Shown here: one piece after another, positions 21,003 through 32,406 of the stretch
How the letters are laid out: each line of letters starts with the position of its first letter
Position numbering within the stretch: position 1 is the stretch's first letter
Assembly (NCBI GenBank): GCA_004764695.1
Contig: SMSO01000033.1
Location: 930,001 to 994,000, forward strand
Source of the DNA: Schizochytrium sp. TIO01
Lineage: Eukaryota > Protista > Bigyra: Labyrinthulomycetes
Direction: 5' to 3'
Length of the DNA: 64,000 nucleotides
The notes under the pieces: model-generated
What the model saw: the letters and a program-made list of their open reading frames with translations, nothing else
Database searches by the model: none
Told to the model about the DNA's origin: nothing
Program-made: the position numbers and the translations under genes

Positions 21003-22172
21003 TTACAAGGCAAGGGCAGCCACGGCAGTGGCAAGGAGCATGGGAACTGCCATGCCGGATGCAGAGGATGGGCTGTCAGTGCCGGTAGCCGGTGTGGGCG
21101 CCGGTGTGGGTGCCCCCGTGGTTGCGGGCGCATCCGTGGTTGCAACCGGTGCGGAGGTTGTCTCAGAAGAGGTGCTGGGAGCGGAAGTGGTGACCGGTGC
21201 GGAGGTTGTCTCAGTTGTGGGAGCAGAAGTGGCGGTGGGGGCAGATGTAGACGACGTAGCTTCGGTGGGAGCAGAGGTAGATGTAGCTTCGGTGGGGGCT
21301 GCAGAAGGAGCCGCGGTCGGGGCAGAGGTGTATGGATCGGTTGTGTCCTCGCAGAAGCCCCACTCGTAAGTCTTGGCGGTGTAGCCGCTGGAATCTACCT
21401 GGGTTGGGTTGTAGCCTACAGTGCCGTCGTACTGCTCGAGGAAGCACCAGTACTTCTGCTCGTAGTCAGGCACGTTGGAGAGGTCGAGACCATCAGTGTT
21501 AGGTTTGTAGTCCGCGAAGGGGAGGCAAGAGTGGGACACACCGACAGCAACGCCGCCAGTGTTCTTGTTGCCATTACCGTCGGTTTTGTTGTTGAAGTTC
21601 CAGGTGTTGGCGCAAGGGTATCCAGCTTCATTGTGGGTGGCATTGGTTGTGGAGTAACCTGCGATGCTCACGTATTGATACGTGGTCACACCCTCGGAGC
21701 CCTCGCAGTAGGCCCATTCGTCCCACTTGTCGGAGTTGCCGTCCTTGGCATTGTAAACAGCCAAACCTGCGTTGGCGGAGTTGCTGGAGCCGTCATTTAC
21801 GTCTCCAATGTAGCACCATTGAGAGGTGGACGCGAAGGCCGTAGGGTCAGTGCCGGTGAAGTTGGAGCGCGGGAGAGAGCTCGCCGCAGTACCGTTGTCG
21901 GTAACGTTGTAGCAGCCGCTCGCGGAGATAGTAGAACTATTAGTTTTAATGGTCCACGAGTTTGTCGTGCCGGTGGTAAAGGTGCAGTTGCCAGAGGCAA
22001 GGTTGCTAGGACCACCGCTGGCGACATAGCCGCCGCCGATAGTGATCGTTGGCTGGACCTCGTAGTCCGAGGTAGAGTAAGTGGAGGTTGTTGTCGGGTT
22101 CTCAATGGTGAAGCCCTGGCCGAGGTTGGCAAGGGCCAAGATGGTGGCAGCGACCTGAATTGAGAAGTTCAT
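21003..22172 (-). CDS. Secreted, probably GPI-anchored surface glycoprotein with two divergent FN2-like 4-Cys modules and an S/T/P/A stalk (paralog A, 389 aa)
   Basis: ATG at 22172. Signal peptide MNFSIQVAATILALANLGQG; two C...W...C...WC[YF]...W[AG][YF]C units; SAPT-repeat stalk; hydrophobic C-terminus SSASGMAVPMLLATAVAALAL; strong C-ending codon bias. Confidence 0.9.
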   Translation of the reverse strand: MNFSIQVAATILALANLGQGFTIENPTTTSTYSTSDYEVQPTITIGGGYVASGGPSNLASGNCTFTTGTTNSWTIKTNSSTISASGCYNVTDNGTAASSLPRSNFTGTDPTAFASTSQWCYIGDVNDGSSNSANAGLAVYNAKDGNSDKWDEWAYCEGSEGVTTYQYVSIAGYSTTNATHNEAGYPCANTWNFNNKTDGNGNKNTGGVAVGVSHSCLPFADYKPNTDGLDLSNVPDYEQKYWCFLEQYDGTVGYNPTQVDSSGYTAKTYEWGFCEDTTDPYTSAPTAAPSAAPTEATSTSAPTEATSSTSAPTATSAPTTETTSAPVTTSAPSTSSETTSAPVATTDAPATTGAPTPAPTPATGTDSPSSASGMAVPMLLATAVAALAL

Positions 22173-24109
22173 CTTTCTCAAGCTTGAGGAGGGAGGAGTT
22201 CTTCACTTCTTCGTTCTTTCTCGGCACGTGCGGTCCTTACGCAAGCCTTGCTTCAAGGGCTGTGTAAGGGTACTAAAGCGGAGGAGGCTTGAAGAAGATG
22301 TGGAACCGAGGGAGGCAAGGAGTTGCTGGTGTTGCTTCTTTGCTTTGTCTCGGTGGTTGGTGAGTTGGTTTCGGGTTTGCTGCTGCCGTCTGCTCGCCAT
22401 CCAGCCGCCGCTCCTGTTTTGACTTATACTCAAATATCTCCATATAAATTATAATTGCAGAGAGAGCAGGAAGAAGAGAAACACTAATGTTCCGCACACA
22501 TAATCCTTTTCCCTTAAAGTTTTTATTTAAAAAAAAAGTAAAGTCAAAAAAAGAAGTGGGTTTTAAAACTAACAATTTGCAAAGAATTACAGAATTTGAA
22601 CAAATAATAATAAGAGAAACCTTTCGCACTTCTCGCTCTTTCTTTCTTTCTCTCTCTCTCTCTCTCTCTCTCTTTCACGCGCCTGTCTGCGATTCATGGG
22701 AATTACAAATCAAAACAGCGCTTAGGAGCTAAATCAAAACAACAGGCCGATCGATGCCCAGGTCAGCATGCGCTGATTAGCTTGGCCTCTGGCCTTTTCT
22801 TCTTTCTCTCCACTTCGCTAGCCGGTCTTTGTGATGATGCGTGCGACCTACAAAAGAGCGCGTCTTCACCACTCTCATTCTTTCTTTCTCACCTCATTTA
22901 AATATAAAACCCTTCCTTTTCGCGCATTTGGCGCCCGCCTTGGATCATAATTTATAATTGGCGACGCTGGTCACTTCCAGAGATTCCGCCCCTTCTGCAC
23001 TTAGCATCGACCGAGATCGACTACGCTTGAAGGGGACCCAGAGACCTCCTACTGCTCGAGACAGCCAACAGCCAGGCACCGTTGATGCATACATAGTCCA
23101 CGGCAACGCGAGGCCAAGCTATTTTCATCGCCTCTCCGTTCTTTCGGTGCTGGGTTTTGTTGATTTTTTGGCTGATGCTTCTTTCTTCGTTTCCTAAAAA
23201 GAAGTGAATCTGGCAAATCCATGAAATTCTGCCAAAATCCGCAGAATCATCTTTTCCATATTATTTCAAAATAATAATTTAAATTTTCTTGTTTACTTTT
23301 AAAGCGCAGCAACTTGAAAGCACTAAGAGTGATCTCTCTCCCACTAGCCTGACCTTTGTTACCCATTGCGTTAGGTACTAGGTCCAGCACCTTCGCTGGT
23401 ACACCAACCCGGTTCTTGTATGCGCGCACCACCCATCCACTCACTGATGGAGCGGCGAAAGAACGAAGAAACGATACGCCGCGCACTTTCTCAGCCAAGA
23501 TAGAATCGCTGCTTCGCCTGCGAAGACCAGCGCAACTCTCGCGGAAGCTGCGTATGTCCACAACGTATGCTGCCACAATCCGGCCAAGACCCGGGCCACC
23601 GCGGCGCACTGGCGTCTTCCAAGGCCTCCTTCCCCGGAGGTGCTTTTCGAAAGCCTCCCTGGACCAGGATCAGCGCTGGCGAGGGCTCCATCTTCTTTCT
23701 TTCTTTCTTTCTTTCTTTCTCTCTTTCTTTCTTTCTCTTTGGTAACATGTAGTGGTCTTATTTGTCTATTTGTCTATCTATTGATTTATTGATTCATTCA
23801 TTTATACATTTTTAAATACATTTTTTGATTATCAATTGATTGATTGATTGATTGATTGATTGATACACTAATATGATTGCGAAGACGTGCTGCAGAACAA
23901 ATCGACGCAGCCTAAAGCTCCTGGGCCGGTACCGTCTTCACTATCTACGGCTTGAGCTGCGGCTCTCTCGCTCTGGCGAAGAAGGGCTTAGTTAGTTGAT
24001 TCCCACCAATCGTCGCTGCTTAAACAGTCACCTCCTCAAGTCGGCGCCAATTCGATCGCCAGAAAAAAAGAGAAAAAAGCCAACAACCAAGAATAGACAA
24101 AGCCTTTTC

Positions 24110-24140
<31 letters not shown>

Positions 24141-25519
24141 ATCTTTGCGCACGTTTATTATTCTTTCTCTCGATTTCCAACGAAAGCAGGCACTCTTAGG
24201 CGGCATCTACCAGCATCCCTACCAGGTCAGCATGGCACGGAGAACAGCCTTAGTTATCCTAGGATCTCCAATCTCTCATTCATTCATTCATTCATTCAAT
24301 CCGCTGGAGAACCACGTGCGGCGAACAGGGCTGACTGACTGACGACTGACTGATTCTTCTCTCATGAGCCTTTCTGGCACGAGCACCCGGCTTTCGCTCG
24401 GAAAGAAAGTGGACTTTGCTCTTCTCCCGAAGACCTTTCGAAGCTCCACTGCGCGTCTCTGCGGCGGTTCCCGCGTCAACGTTGCGGCTCCGGTAGCCGG
24501 TCTTGCAGCCAGTCAGTCAGTCTTTTCAGGCAGTCAGGCAGCATTTTCCAGGCAGCCAGCGCCCCCTATGGTTTAGGCTATGTCTTCCCTATGCCAGAGC
24601 GAGGGCACTTTTGTTCAGGTGCGCGGGGTCCTAGGAGAGTACTAGCAGGCGCGTAGAGTATGGCGAGTTTAATTTTAGTTTCACTTTTGTTTTAATTGAA
24701 AATTTCATTGAAAAAAATATGAAATGTATATGTCATCTTTCTTTACGTATCGTTGATGAAGAAGAGGAGCCAAGGGAAAAGAAGGCGAAGAAGAATCATG
24801 AAGAGGTCTATCTATCTATCTATCTATCTATCTTGCTTAGGTGATGCTGGTAAGGGACACACCCCTTGAATGCCATGATGACATGAGCCCGGTACGGTAA
24901 TGAATCAATGAATGAATCATCAATCGGTCAATGGACGAACGAATAATTGATTGAGCGATCGAATACAATCGATTGAGTGATCGAATGCATGGATAAATGG
25001 ATGGCCAAGGGTCGAAGAGTGGCCCCTCGGCTTTGCTAGGGAAGTGTCGGTTCCTGTTGGATTTTCCTTTCGCTCAGTCATTTGAGGACTTCGCCTGTTT
25101 ACTGCAGCTGCTCGCTCTTTTAGTGCTCTCTTCTTTTGGCACTTTTTTTTATTAATTTTTTTTTAATTAAATAATATTAATAAATAAATAAAAAAGGAAA
25201 TATATGTAAATTAAAAATATATATAAGTTACATAGTAGCGAAGCACTAAACAAAAGTTTCCGAAATATGAGAGTACCCGGATATGTTAGCTTCCTAGTCC
25301 TACCTACTCTCAGAAAATACGTCGATTAATCTGTCGGAGACAAAACGAAAGAACTTCGCATCGTACAAGTTTTTGCAGAATAATCAATTTCTGAAGCACC
25401 TCTGGACTCGGGCTGTATGTAAGGCTGTAATGCAGCTCTGATGTTGATGCTGATGCTGACCCTCGTTGTTTCGCTCACGACTGCCAATCGCTCCGCCTTT
25501 GCGATGTCAGCATGCCCTC

Positions 25520-25558
<39 letters not shown>

Positions 25559-28500
25559 ATCGACACGCTCCAGTCAGTGGCGCGATGGCGCTTATAGGCT
25601 GAGTGAGCTGAGGACCGCTACGCCCTTGGTTTTGAGAGGTAGATCGCTGGTTTTCGGGAATCCACGCGGATTGAGAAGTCTCTCGAATGAGGACCCACGG
25701 GCAGCTACCAACAGGAAATAAGGTGCAATGGCAGAGGTGGCGGCGAGTCGTCGAGAGAAAGCAAGTGATTCCTGACAGCTTGAAGCGCTTCGAACTCCTC
25801 TGAAGCGCCAACGGTGACATCTTGACATCAAATTGATTTTAAAGTTAAGTTCATTGTTAGCAGTGGCAGTATTATTTAAAACTTTTTATTTGAAAATATT
25901 TTAAAGAAAGAGGAAGCCATCTTGAAAACTTGATTCTGGGCTCGCGTGATTCAGAGTGAGTCAGTTATATACATTACTGGACCAGGTGAATTAATTTGAG
26001 TCAATATGGAGACATAAAATCTGCGAACACTTTTTTTCTATGTACCGGTGGATGGAGAAAGTAGAATGTAGATTTCTTGGGGGAAAATGCTTTACTCGAG
26101 GCCTCAAAAGGACATGGTAAATGTTATAAAAAGGATCAAGTGCGGAGTTAGGTACCGTTGGTGATATGTAATCAATCAAAAACGGCATGAGGTATGCCTG
26201 CTGCCATTCGATTTTGCAATTCTGCTTGTTGGAACAGAGAAAATTGGGTTCAACTTTACTACATTCCTCGAAGGGTTGAGTGACTAGATTTGATTCTTAT
26301 AGCTTCTATTATTCTGTCAACATAGAGGTTGTATTTGAATATGGAATCAAGTTGAGCTGGCGCCAACCCATCAGAACCGAGTGTTGTCATAGAAATAAAA
26401 AATGTACAAATTTGTAAGCTTGAATATACATGCACATACATTTTAGTCGTGATTCGAGTTGGGCTCGAAAATTAATACGAGTGTCTTAAGTAGTCTTGGA
26501 TCGCTGAGGACAGCGCAAAAATCGAGGAAAATGTCAGTTACACAGCAATAATACAAGTATCAGGTTCCTTTGATGAGTATTATAGACACCAACACCTTTG
26601 TGGACTGCCCGACTGAAGCCAGCGAATGCAAACCTGGCAGTCACTTGTTTCTAGCACTTTCGAGATTGTGTTTGGAGTGATGCAATCCAGGAGCCTTGAT
26701 CTATGCTTCAATATACCCTAGTCTAAGCAGGAAAGCTGATTTGATTTCTTTATAAATGATTGACCAAATAAATGCACATGACGTAACTTGACTTCTGATG
26801 AATGGCTCGTCTCTTAGCGCTGGGATCCTTGAAGATGCTACTGCCGCAACCTCATTAACTATAGCAGCCCAATGAAGGTAGTCTTGAGATAAAGTAGGCA
26901 GTCTAGTCCCCGAGTAATCTTAATCCTGAATTATCTATAACAAAAGTGTTTTCGGCTAGCCAGCTTGCCACCTACCCGATGCGTCGTCTTTATAGATGTT
27001 ACATAGCAATCTCTTTGAAAGGTCATTGCTTGTTTTTCACTCGTATCATATCATCTACTTATTTATTACGTGCATTTTGTACTTGATTTCAGGCGAAAGA
27101 CAACCATATAATTTCCTAACTATGATGATCACCTCAAAGTTCAAGGAGCTGTCTTTGCCATCTCGAGTGGGACATGCTGAGTGGCCCAGACGAATTGAAG
27201 CGAGCCACTGAAGCCAAAGCCCATGACTCGGAACTGGAATGGTTGTATGCTCGGCTTACCGTCGCTTGGGCTAAGGAGAGCTGCCCAGCTCATCACATCG
27301 AGTGGCCGTGCGTGTTTTTTTTGTTTCTTTTTAAAATTGACACAGTGACCCATTGACAGTCTCGTATACCGTACCTCATATCATGGAGCAATCAATTCAC
27401 GATGCTACCTTTCCGTTTCTCATGAGTCACGTCAGATTTCAGACTGAGTAGCCTCCACCTTCTCATTATTTGGCACACTGCCACCTTCTGCTCTCTTGGA
27501 TGAAAATTCATGGATCCCAACTTGCCAACCATCCACAATATTACTGCTGAAGCCAGCATATTCGGAGGGAGTACGCCTTTCCTTTATTATATTGCATTTT
27601 TAAAATAATAAAATTAAAATGAAGTATTACAAAATTAAAAATTAAAAATTGATATCTTTAAAATGCGTTTAAAAGAAGGAAATGTCGATGATCGTACTCA
27701 AAGCATACTCCTCCCCTCATTAAGTCCTCTTGCATTCCAACTCAGGTGAACTTGGACCGTTGTGTCAGTTGTACCCATTGCCTTGATACACATAAAAATC
27801 AAAGACTGCCGCTTCTTCGAGGTCCAGGGCCTGCTTTTACGCATGAACGATCATTCCACAGGCGACCGACCTCTATTTATTTAGTGGTGCCTTATCTCTC
27901 TTTAAACCTATTCTCATGTTTAGTTTCAAAGTAAAAATTAAAGGAGCATATTAGGTAGTTTTTCCTTGCATTCTTCTAATTTTTAAAAATAATTAAAGGA
28001 AATGAACTCGTGCTTTCTTAAACTCCAGGTCTTTTATTTGCACGTGCGCTACATAATCTTCCAAAGACGCGCGACAGATGGAAAAGAGCGAGGACCGTAT
28101 AGAAAGGTAACGCGGGGAATCTTCTTGGTCGGCTTTTGCGTAGGTGTCGATAGGGAAGTTCTAGTCCCTCCCTTATAACAAAAGGGATTATATGGCGAGA
28201 CGAAGAGGCCAGTCAACTTTGAATCCCTTTGCGGAGGCGCCGAGAATCGAGTTGTCTTCGTAGCTAGTGTAAACCTTAGGACTAACTTAGATTCGAGGGC
28301 CTTGGGACCAAGTACGAGTTGATGTAATGTGGAGGGATAAGATGGGACCTGCGCTGTCCCCTGGAAATGGAGAGTTGGAGAGAATATTGATCTGAAAACA
28401 CAGGCTCGAAAACATGTTTATGTCTGACTCCATGAATAAAGTCGAGGCCAGGAAGACTAGAAAAGTTGCAAAGTTAACATTATTGCTGTTCTGAGGAATA

Positions 28501-30319
28501 CTTTAGTTTGTACACTTGTAGTGAAATACATTTATCGTCTTACTTTGTAATACTTACTTTCAATGCTTAACTAGGATCCGGTAATATATGCAGCAAGCGG
28601 TAATACTGAATATAGGATTGTTCAAGGGCGTTTTCCAATTGCCTGTTTTACTTTCTAACCAAAACTTCTCTTCTTCTTAAAATTGAGTCGGACATCCGCA
28701 AATCACAACAGTCATGGCTAGTTCTGCAATCAATTGGCAGAGAATCAATGCCGGTTGAGCTTGGATTTGTGTCCAATTATCAAATAGGTATGGTGAGCTT
28801 CATTTTAAAATATCCAGGATCATTTAACAAACAGGAAAAGTGAGCGAGAAAAAGGGAAATAGGGACCGGGACGTAAATTGGGTACCAAATAACAAAAGAC
28901 AGGAGTCAGCGCGCAAGGGTATTCACTGAGGGCAAGGAGACGGTCACACGCCACGCCACGTCCGAACCTCGGAGGAAAGTCTTGGTCAGGATCATTGGGA
29001 GAGTCTGCAATGCTGCAGTCCCCAATCACGCACGCCAATTCCCGCAAATTTTCTGAGTTGAAGCTTGTGTTTTTGAGTCATTTGCATCCTTTGCATCTCC
29101 AACAATTTGAAAGAAGCTTAGTAGCTTTCGTTAGGAACGTCATTCGCCATATTAAAGCTACTACAATGAGTGCAGACCCGGAGTTCAAGAAGTTTACCAG
29201 TCTGTGTGATGTCATTATATGATGAACGGTGCTTACTGACAGGATTTATGAATGGTTCAACGCTTGATCAACTTGGCAGTGCCTCTTCATGAGTCCTAAA
29301 AGTATTGACTTTGTACGGATATGACACAGAATTGTCTCTTCAGAAGTATGCAATTGCTCTTGTCAATCTTTCTTTCAGGCAATATGTCGTCTCTTTCGTA
29401 TAAGTGACTCAAGAATATCAAATTTGCGGATTGTTTCATTATCTCTGAAGGGTCCCCCCCTCCTCCTCCAGAGGGTGTTAATTTGAAATAATATTTCAAT
29501 TCTACACATACCCCCACCATATATCTAAACTGCAGTTGAGACATGTGAAAGCGTCACATATATTAACAAACCTGCTCATGTTTTCGTAATAACGTTCAAA
29601 GTCCTCTCCAAAATACAAGTGCTCATTCCTTAGACCAACTTCAGAACCAGCTTCTAAGATCTGATGGGCTAGATATCTGTATCGAAATAGAATAACCATA
29701 AATTGTGCTTTTGATGGAAGTGGACAGGATTTATCTACTGTCTTTCACGCGCTCGCGTGTATTTAGCGCCTTTCAAGGTAGAAAGTTTTCCACAAAACGG
29801 TATCCTTCTTCCTTCCTTTAATTTTGCGAAGAATCATCAAGCTTCTCATCTACACGTCCGTAACATCTATTCCAAACGCATAATGATATTGACGAAGATC
29901 TACAAGACGCTCCTCGTCAAATACGATAGCCCAGAAGCAAATATTTCGAAAACTAAATTTTGCTAGGACAAATCGGTGTTCGCACGAGCAATAAATGACG
30001 GTAGACACTTCAAGTGTGTAACTATATATGGATTACATACTCGTATGGAAAGTAGGCCGGAAGCACACTCCTGTATTGCTAGTGGGAAAAGAAGAAACCT
30101 ACTACATCTGACCAGCCAAAAAAAAAAATCATCCAGGCCCTCAAACTGAAAAAAGGATGTACTCTACAGATGCACACGCCAATCTAAATTTTGCGTACAA
30201 TGTAAAGAAAAAAAAAACATTGACCTTGGGCGGAGTAGAATCTGCGGCATGACTTATGAGAGTTGAGAGTTCATCTACTGCTTACAATGAAAGGAAGAAG
30301 AAGAAACCAAAAAGGTGCA

Positions 30320-30800
30320 GCTTGGCACCTCTCATCAAAACAACAAACTAAGGCAAAAGTAATCTATTGCAATGATCGTGGGTTAATACACCAACTGCAT
30401 ATGTGTAAAACTGCACACTGACGATTTCCTGTAATCTCAGCAGCCAACCTCGGATTTCTTCGGGATGGTGGTCAAGGTAGCTTTGTTCAACAGGGAAGCG
30501 AAAGTACTTTGACGACTTGCGTTTCCTCGAATGGGCCATCACGGGAGCTAGGTATCTCTCCTTTGGCAAAAACCTAGTTTGTTCAACTGGGAACCTAGGT
30601 ATCACTCCCTCTTGGAGCTCTCAGAGCTAACTGCTTCGAGAGGGTTCTTGGTCAAAACCGGAGGTGCGCGAGATATCCCACTGTACTCGTTCCCGGTACC
30701 TTGAGGATAGTGAGAAATTTTAGCAGGGTTATGTTTGAGATTTCCTCAGATCCTGTACCAGCTAACCTTGTACCATACAAGCACCCTTTCATGCGTATTC
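30320..30800 (-). pseudogene. Possible decayed non-LTR retrotransposon reverse-transcriptase C-terminal fragment
   Basis: One minus-strand frame with stops reads ERVLV...W...*GNLKHNPAKI...VLTKNPLEAV...*YLGSQLN, matching the ordered LINE RT motifs L.xNP.K, L.G..LE.V and YLG. It is followed by thumb-like LLRLQEIV...TY...LT...RL. Recognised by eye only. Confidence 0.4.
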
Positions 30801-30881
30801 ACTGTATCCCAGGCTAAGCGCAGGTTTCCGATATCTTAAACCAAATTAGCCACGGTATTTTCTATAAAATTGAAATTACGT

Positions 30882-31295
30882 CCAGCCAACAACTCAGCAA
30901 ATGATAAGATCAAGAAAAACTACATTTCTTGATACAATGGAAGGTAGTGTGACAATGGTGAAGAGGATTTAGAGAAGGAGTTACGAAAGCTGTATTTTCC
31001 TCAAATTTAAGTTGGGTCCAGCTCACAACGCAGCAGGCACTAAGATGGAGGAAACCTATACGAGCCAGCTCACAACTTAACAGATGCTAAGATGGAGAGA
31101 ACCTTTACAAGCCAGATCACAACTCAGCAGATGCTAAGATGGAGTGAACCTATACGCGTTGGCAACAACTCAGCATCTGGGACGCTAAGATGGAGGAGAA
31201 CCACCCACATTCCCCGATACGATGGGAGGTGATGCAAGAGATTTAAGTCTAGCTCATAACCCAGCAGGTCCTAGGATAGAAAGAACCTATATTAT
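30882..31295. repeat. Degenerate 47-bp minisatellite (consensus ~ccagctcacaactcagcagatgctaagatggagagaacctatacgag)
   Basis: Units start at 31018, 31065 and 31112 (exact 47-bp spacing), with degenerate copies at ~31159, ~31249 and ~30882. Confidence 0.85.
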
Positions 31296-32406
31296 GCCCC
31301 AGAGCGAGCATATAAAATGCGTCGCGCCGTCGCACAAAGGATCAAATGAAGCAAACCTGCACATATCCCCGTAAGAGGAGTAGAAATATTGCGATTCTCA
31401 AAAATGACGATAAAGCTTTCGTGTTGTGTGCTAAACTCTTTCCAGGATGTTGCGAACTTTGCCAAGTGACAAGCGTCCAAACACAAAAGTTTCGATGAGT
31501 CTTGCTGATAAACACGTTCAGAAATCGCGATACTAATATGGCATGCACATTGATTTCTTCTTAGTCCTTGAAGAAATCTAACACATCATCGACCCAACAC
31601 TACAAAGCAAGAAGAAAGTCAGGGGTTCATAGACTCAAAGTTAGCGACAGTGCCGATGTTTCTCCTCAACACGGTTTCTTGATCTGCTTAATTTCTTGCA
31701 TTCATCAGCCAAATGTGGTTAGTGACCTGGAGAAAATGCTTCACTATTTCGTTACGCGTGTACGTTCAAATCGATTCATGTGTAACGCTTACAATGTTAA
31801 ATTTTCCTGTCGAAAGATGCTAGTCAGGAGCTGATTTTTTAAGTTGTGGCCCCAAGCCCGTGTAGAAATCCCCTGGATCATAACCTGTAGGTGAAAATTG
31901 TCCACTGCATGCAAATCATTGAGCGCGTGTACGCAACAGGAAGGTGCTACAACGCAGAAGTTATTAGTTCACCTGGTCGTATGAAAAAAAACCAAAAAAC
32001 GCATCGGTCAAGAATGATAACACCAACTAAATTCAAGAAAAGGAACGAGCCGAGGGAGAAGGAGGACGAATTCCGCGTAAAGCCAAATCTATCACACATG
32101 AGAGTATTGATATGGGAAGCTCATGCATGTGCGTGCGATTCTGATCAAATTTTCCATCAAAAAGCATGCATACCTGTAAGTCTACTCATCTGGTCAGGAA
32201 GATTGTGTTTTAATTGGCAAAGAGAGTCCCACGGCTAGCACTTGCTTCGCACAACTTCAAGAGAAAGAATCTAAACAACGTCGATGAGCAAGAGGGCAAA
32301 CGAGACTGCGCAACGAAAAGGATGGGTCTGGTTGTATCTAACTATGCAAATTGTTCTTTCTTTTTCTTGTGCAACAAAAATATATCACTCAGCAACTATT
32401 GCGGAT

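Noticed and set aside
20826-22163. 445-aa plus-strand ORF antisense to paralog A
   Set aside because: Gly/Arg/Val-rich shadow produced by the strong codon bias of the real minus-strand gene. It has a TTG start and no equivalent intact ORF opposite paralog B.
31018-31295. 47-bp repeats as a CRISPR array
   Set aside because: Units are head-to-tail with no unique spacers, are degenerate, have no cas genes nearby, and sit in eukaryotic DNA.
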